A DNA stretch of 64,000 nt from Hormoscilla sp. (lineage in GTDB: Bacteria > Cyanobacteriota > Cyanobacteriia > Cyanobacteriales > Desertifilaceae), in NCBI GenBank assembly GCA_051439505.1, contig JBFRWI010000070.1, positions 21,906 to 85,905 of the forward strand. The letters run 5' to 3'. Positions 61,766-64,000 of the stretch are shown here, one piece after another; the first letter of the stretch is position 1, and each line of letters opens with the position of its first letter. Position numbers and translations under genes: made by a program. The notes below the pieces were generated by a model. That model saw nothing but the letters and a program-made list of their open reading frames with translations. It ran no database searches and was not told the origin of the DNA.

Positions 61766-62378
61766 GCGGCGTTGCACATTCTTGGGATGATGGTGATATA
61801 TTTTCCCTTTTTGCTAATTGCAGAGGACGCAGTCGCGCAGCGGAGGGGGCCCGGAGCGTGCAGGAGCGCTATTGCTAATTGCTCTCTGGACAAAAAGTGA
61901 CATCTTTCGACATATATCACTTCTTGAATTGCTCATCAACAACCCTTATCATCCCTAACCCGTGCAACCCCAAATAGGCAATCCATGCGCTTGTTGGTGC
62001 GGGCCAGTAGCGGATGTTGACAGATCGCGCCCATGGCCTGATTTGGTGGCCAGTAGATAGCTGGGATCCGGTGGTAACTGTGTGGCTACCGGATCTTCAC
62101 GTCGCTAGGGGGTCGCTCCGAGACTGGGCTGCAGTATCAACGCTTAGAAAACGAGCAATATAGGTAGATCTAGCTAGGAGCACAGATCGGCAATCAGCGC
62201 TCAGTCTAGCGGCCTGAGCCATAGCAGATATTTACGGCTCGAAATGTGATCGATCGAACAGAAAAAGATTGAAAATTAAGTTAGAATAAGATGAAATAAC
62301 AATATTGAAAGCAATTCATGAGTGAGAATGCTTTTAAGGCTGAGTTGACTAGATTAAGACTTTCACTGGGAGGAGTTT

Positions 62379-62573
62379 ATGTCAAGTTTGACTTTATCAC
62401 TAGCGCAGTCGGATGCGGAAACATGGGAAAACCTCAAAGGCGCGATCGCCTCTAGTTCGGGGTTTGAAAGTTGGCGAAGGGAACGCCGCGGCGACGCTGG
62501 TCTTCAGATTATGACTACAGACCAGCTAGTAATTATTTACTTGCGGGAAACTTTAGAGACCCTGGCTTACTAA
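62379..62573 (+). CDS. Small conserved cyanobacterial hypothetical protein
   Basis: RBS ggaggag; WENLKGAIASSSGF..W...YLRETLETLAY. Confidence 0.8.
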   Translation: MSSLTLSLAQSDAETWENLKGAIASSSGFESWRRERRGDAGLQIMTTDQLVIIYLRETLETLAY

Positions 62574-62582
62574 AAACTGGTA

Positions 62583-62609
62583 ATTCCCATACCTTTTCAG
62601 GTATGGGAT
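62583..62609. terminator. Hairpin between convergent genes
   Basis: tcccatacct / tttc / aggtatggga. Confidence 0.65.
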
Positions 62610-62623
62610 AAGAATGGTGTTAA

Positions 62624-63172
62624 TCAAAAAAGATCGAGAATATTCAAGATGCCTTGGATAGGTCTGGCTAAGCGTCTCAGCTGATTGTAAGCATCCTGGA
62701 GACGATCGCCCTCTACATGGACTTGTTGAGTGGGATATTTCTCAATGGTTTCCATCAGTGTGATTTGACCGTCGTCACTAGCGGAGAGGATCAGGGCCGA
62801 GCGTAAGGCTTGCCGATCTGCTTGATGGGAGGGGGTATGCACCGCTAAACTGAGGCGATCGAGGATCGCTTCGCCCATCTGGCTATTGAGTAGCCGATCG
62901 AGAAAGATCAGATCGACTGGCACTGGTGTGGTGAGGGTGCGGCGAAGATTGTCGGGGTCTAGTTTGGCGGTGTCCATATATGCTTCCAGCTGGTGAGAAA
63001 GTTCTCCGGTGTCAGCAAAGGTAGCTAATTCACTAACGGAAACGGAACGCTGGAAAATCTGATAATTCATTACTACCTGTTCGGATGGTTCTGCGGGGAG
63101 CGTCGATAGTAAGATATTGCCGCAGCCTGCCAAAAATAATCCATAACGAAACAATATTTTTTTTAAGCGCAT
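62624..63172 (-). CDS. DUF1400-like secreted protein (often annotated alpha/beta hydrolase-associated)
   Basis: Signal peptide; SVSELATFADTG, ALRSALILSA, ITLMETIEKYPT. Confidence 0.78.
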   Translation of the reverse strand: MRLKKILFRYGLFLAGCGNILLSTLPAEPSEQVVMNYQIFQRSVSVSELATFADTGELSHQLEAYMDTAKLDPDNLRRTLTTPVPVDLIFLDRLLNSQMGEAILDRLSLAVHTPSHQADRQALRSALILSASDDGQITLMETIEKYPTQQVHVEGDRLQDAYNQLRRLARPIQGILNILDLF

Positions 63173-63655
63173 AACTCTCTCACCCGAATCTATATCTAGT
63201 TTATTGTTTATTGTTAATAGCACGTTCGCGATCTCAATCGATGCCGAGCGGGTGGTGGTGCTCTTCCGCCCGCCATCGCGTGCATGAGAGCGGGTGTGGT
63301 CATGTAGAAGTTGGCAACGGCTAACCCCCCTTGCTAAAATGAAAAGTTAAATTAGTTGACAAATAATAAGCGAAAAATGTTAATTTTTTTTTAAAAAAAT
63401 GAAAATTTGTTTACCATCCCCTAGCCCCCACCCATCCACCATTATCATACACAGTTTATGACGACTTTGTCAACTGTATTTCTACTAAAATAATAATGGT
63501 CTGACGAAAACTACTCGGCCTATAGGGTAATGTAGCGCGGGGTGTAATTGGTGGAGTAGTTGTCAGCCGTAGGGTGGGCACCGCCAACACTGCCCTACCG
63601 TTGGTGGAAAAATAGGGCCACCTCCGAGCAGGTCAGGGCAGTTCAGGGCCTGTGT

Positions 63656-63883
63656 TTAGGGTTTTTTGGGGCTCGCGGCCCGTTGTTCCAGACGAAACAG
63701 CCAAACCATGAGAGCAACAACCCCAACTTGCAGGGCAAAGTTGGGTAGGGCGGCTCCAACGTTGCGCCCAGCTAGCAATTGTGCTAAAAAGACTAAGGCA
63801 CCGATGAAGCCAGAAGCCCCGAAAGCTACATAGATGAACTGTCGCAGACCCCGGTAAGGTGCTTTGGCTTCAGCTTTCAGCAT
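63656..63883 (-). CDS. DUF3493-like small membrane protein; true start uncertain
   Basis: LKAEAKAPYRGLRQFIYVAFGASG..G; two TM segments; frame is open to the window edge. Confidence 0.72.
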   Translation of the reverse strand: MLKAEAKAPYRGLRQFIYVAFGASGFIGALVFLAQLLAGRNVGAALPNFALQVGVVALMVWLFRLEQRAASPKKP

Positions 63884-64000
63884 ACTAAAAAACTGGTAAT
63901 TTCCGGAAAATCCCGTCCTATAGGCGGTTGACGCGGTTCGGATCCGCCCGGAGACTCCGCTCGGGGACCACTCACCGACCGCGACGCAAAAAAGCCACCA

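Noticed and set aside
63292..63303. Further MITE copy starting gggtgtggtca
   Set aside because: No matching right end or target duplication was found nearby.

Overview
Genomic window from a cyanobacterium: the HIP1 octamer GCGATCGC is very frequent, and the heptamer repeats and many REP-like palindromes suggest a filamentous, Oscillatoriales-like organism (inference). Housekeeping genes are proA, folB, mutT, dnaK3-dnaJ, recF and rimP-nusA-ylxR-infB. They are interleaved with the end of a chemosensory operon (MCP + CheA), a four-GAF cyanobacteriochrome hybrid kinase followed by a response regulator and a diguanylate cyclase, a small toxin/immunity-like pair, an SGNH + sxtI/J/K-like carbamoyltransferase cassette, and a kinase-COP23-TpsA-TpsB-CHAT secretion cluster. 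The most striking locus is a minus-strand four-gene operon (42090-49190): a coiled-coil protein, a membrane protein with a longin-like cytoplasmic domain and periplasmic BON/OmpA domains, a stand-alone Rab-like small GTPase, and a PAS/GAF adenylate cyclase. Also notable is a family of short non-autonomous elements with GGGTGTGGT...ACCACACCC ends and 9-bp target duplications, each carrying a different REP-type cargo. No rRNA, tRNA, CRISPR array or transposase was recognised. All family calls are from motif recognition by eye; no database searches were run.
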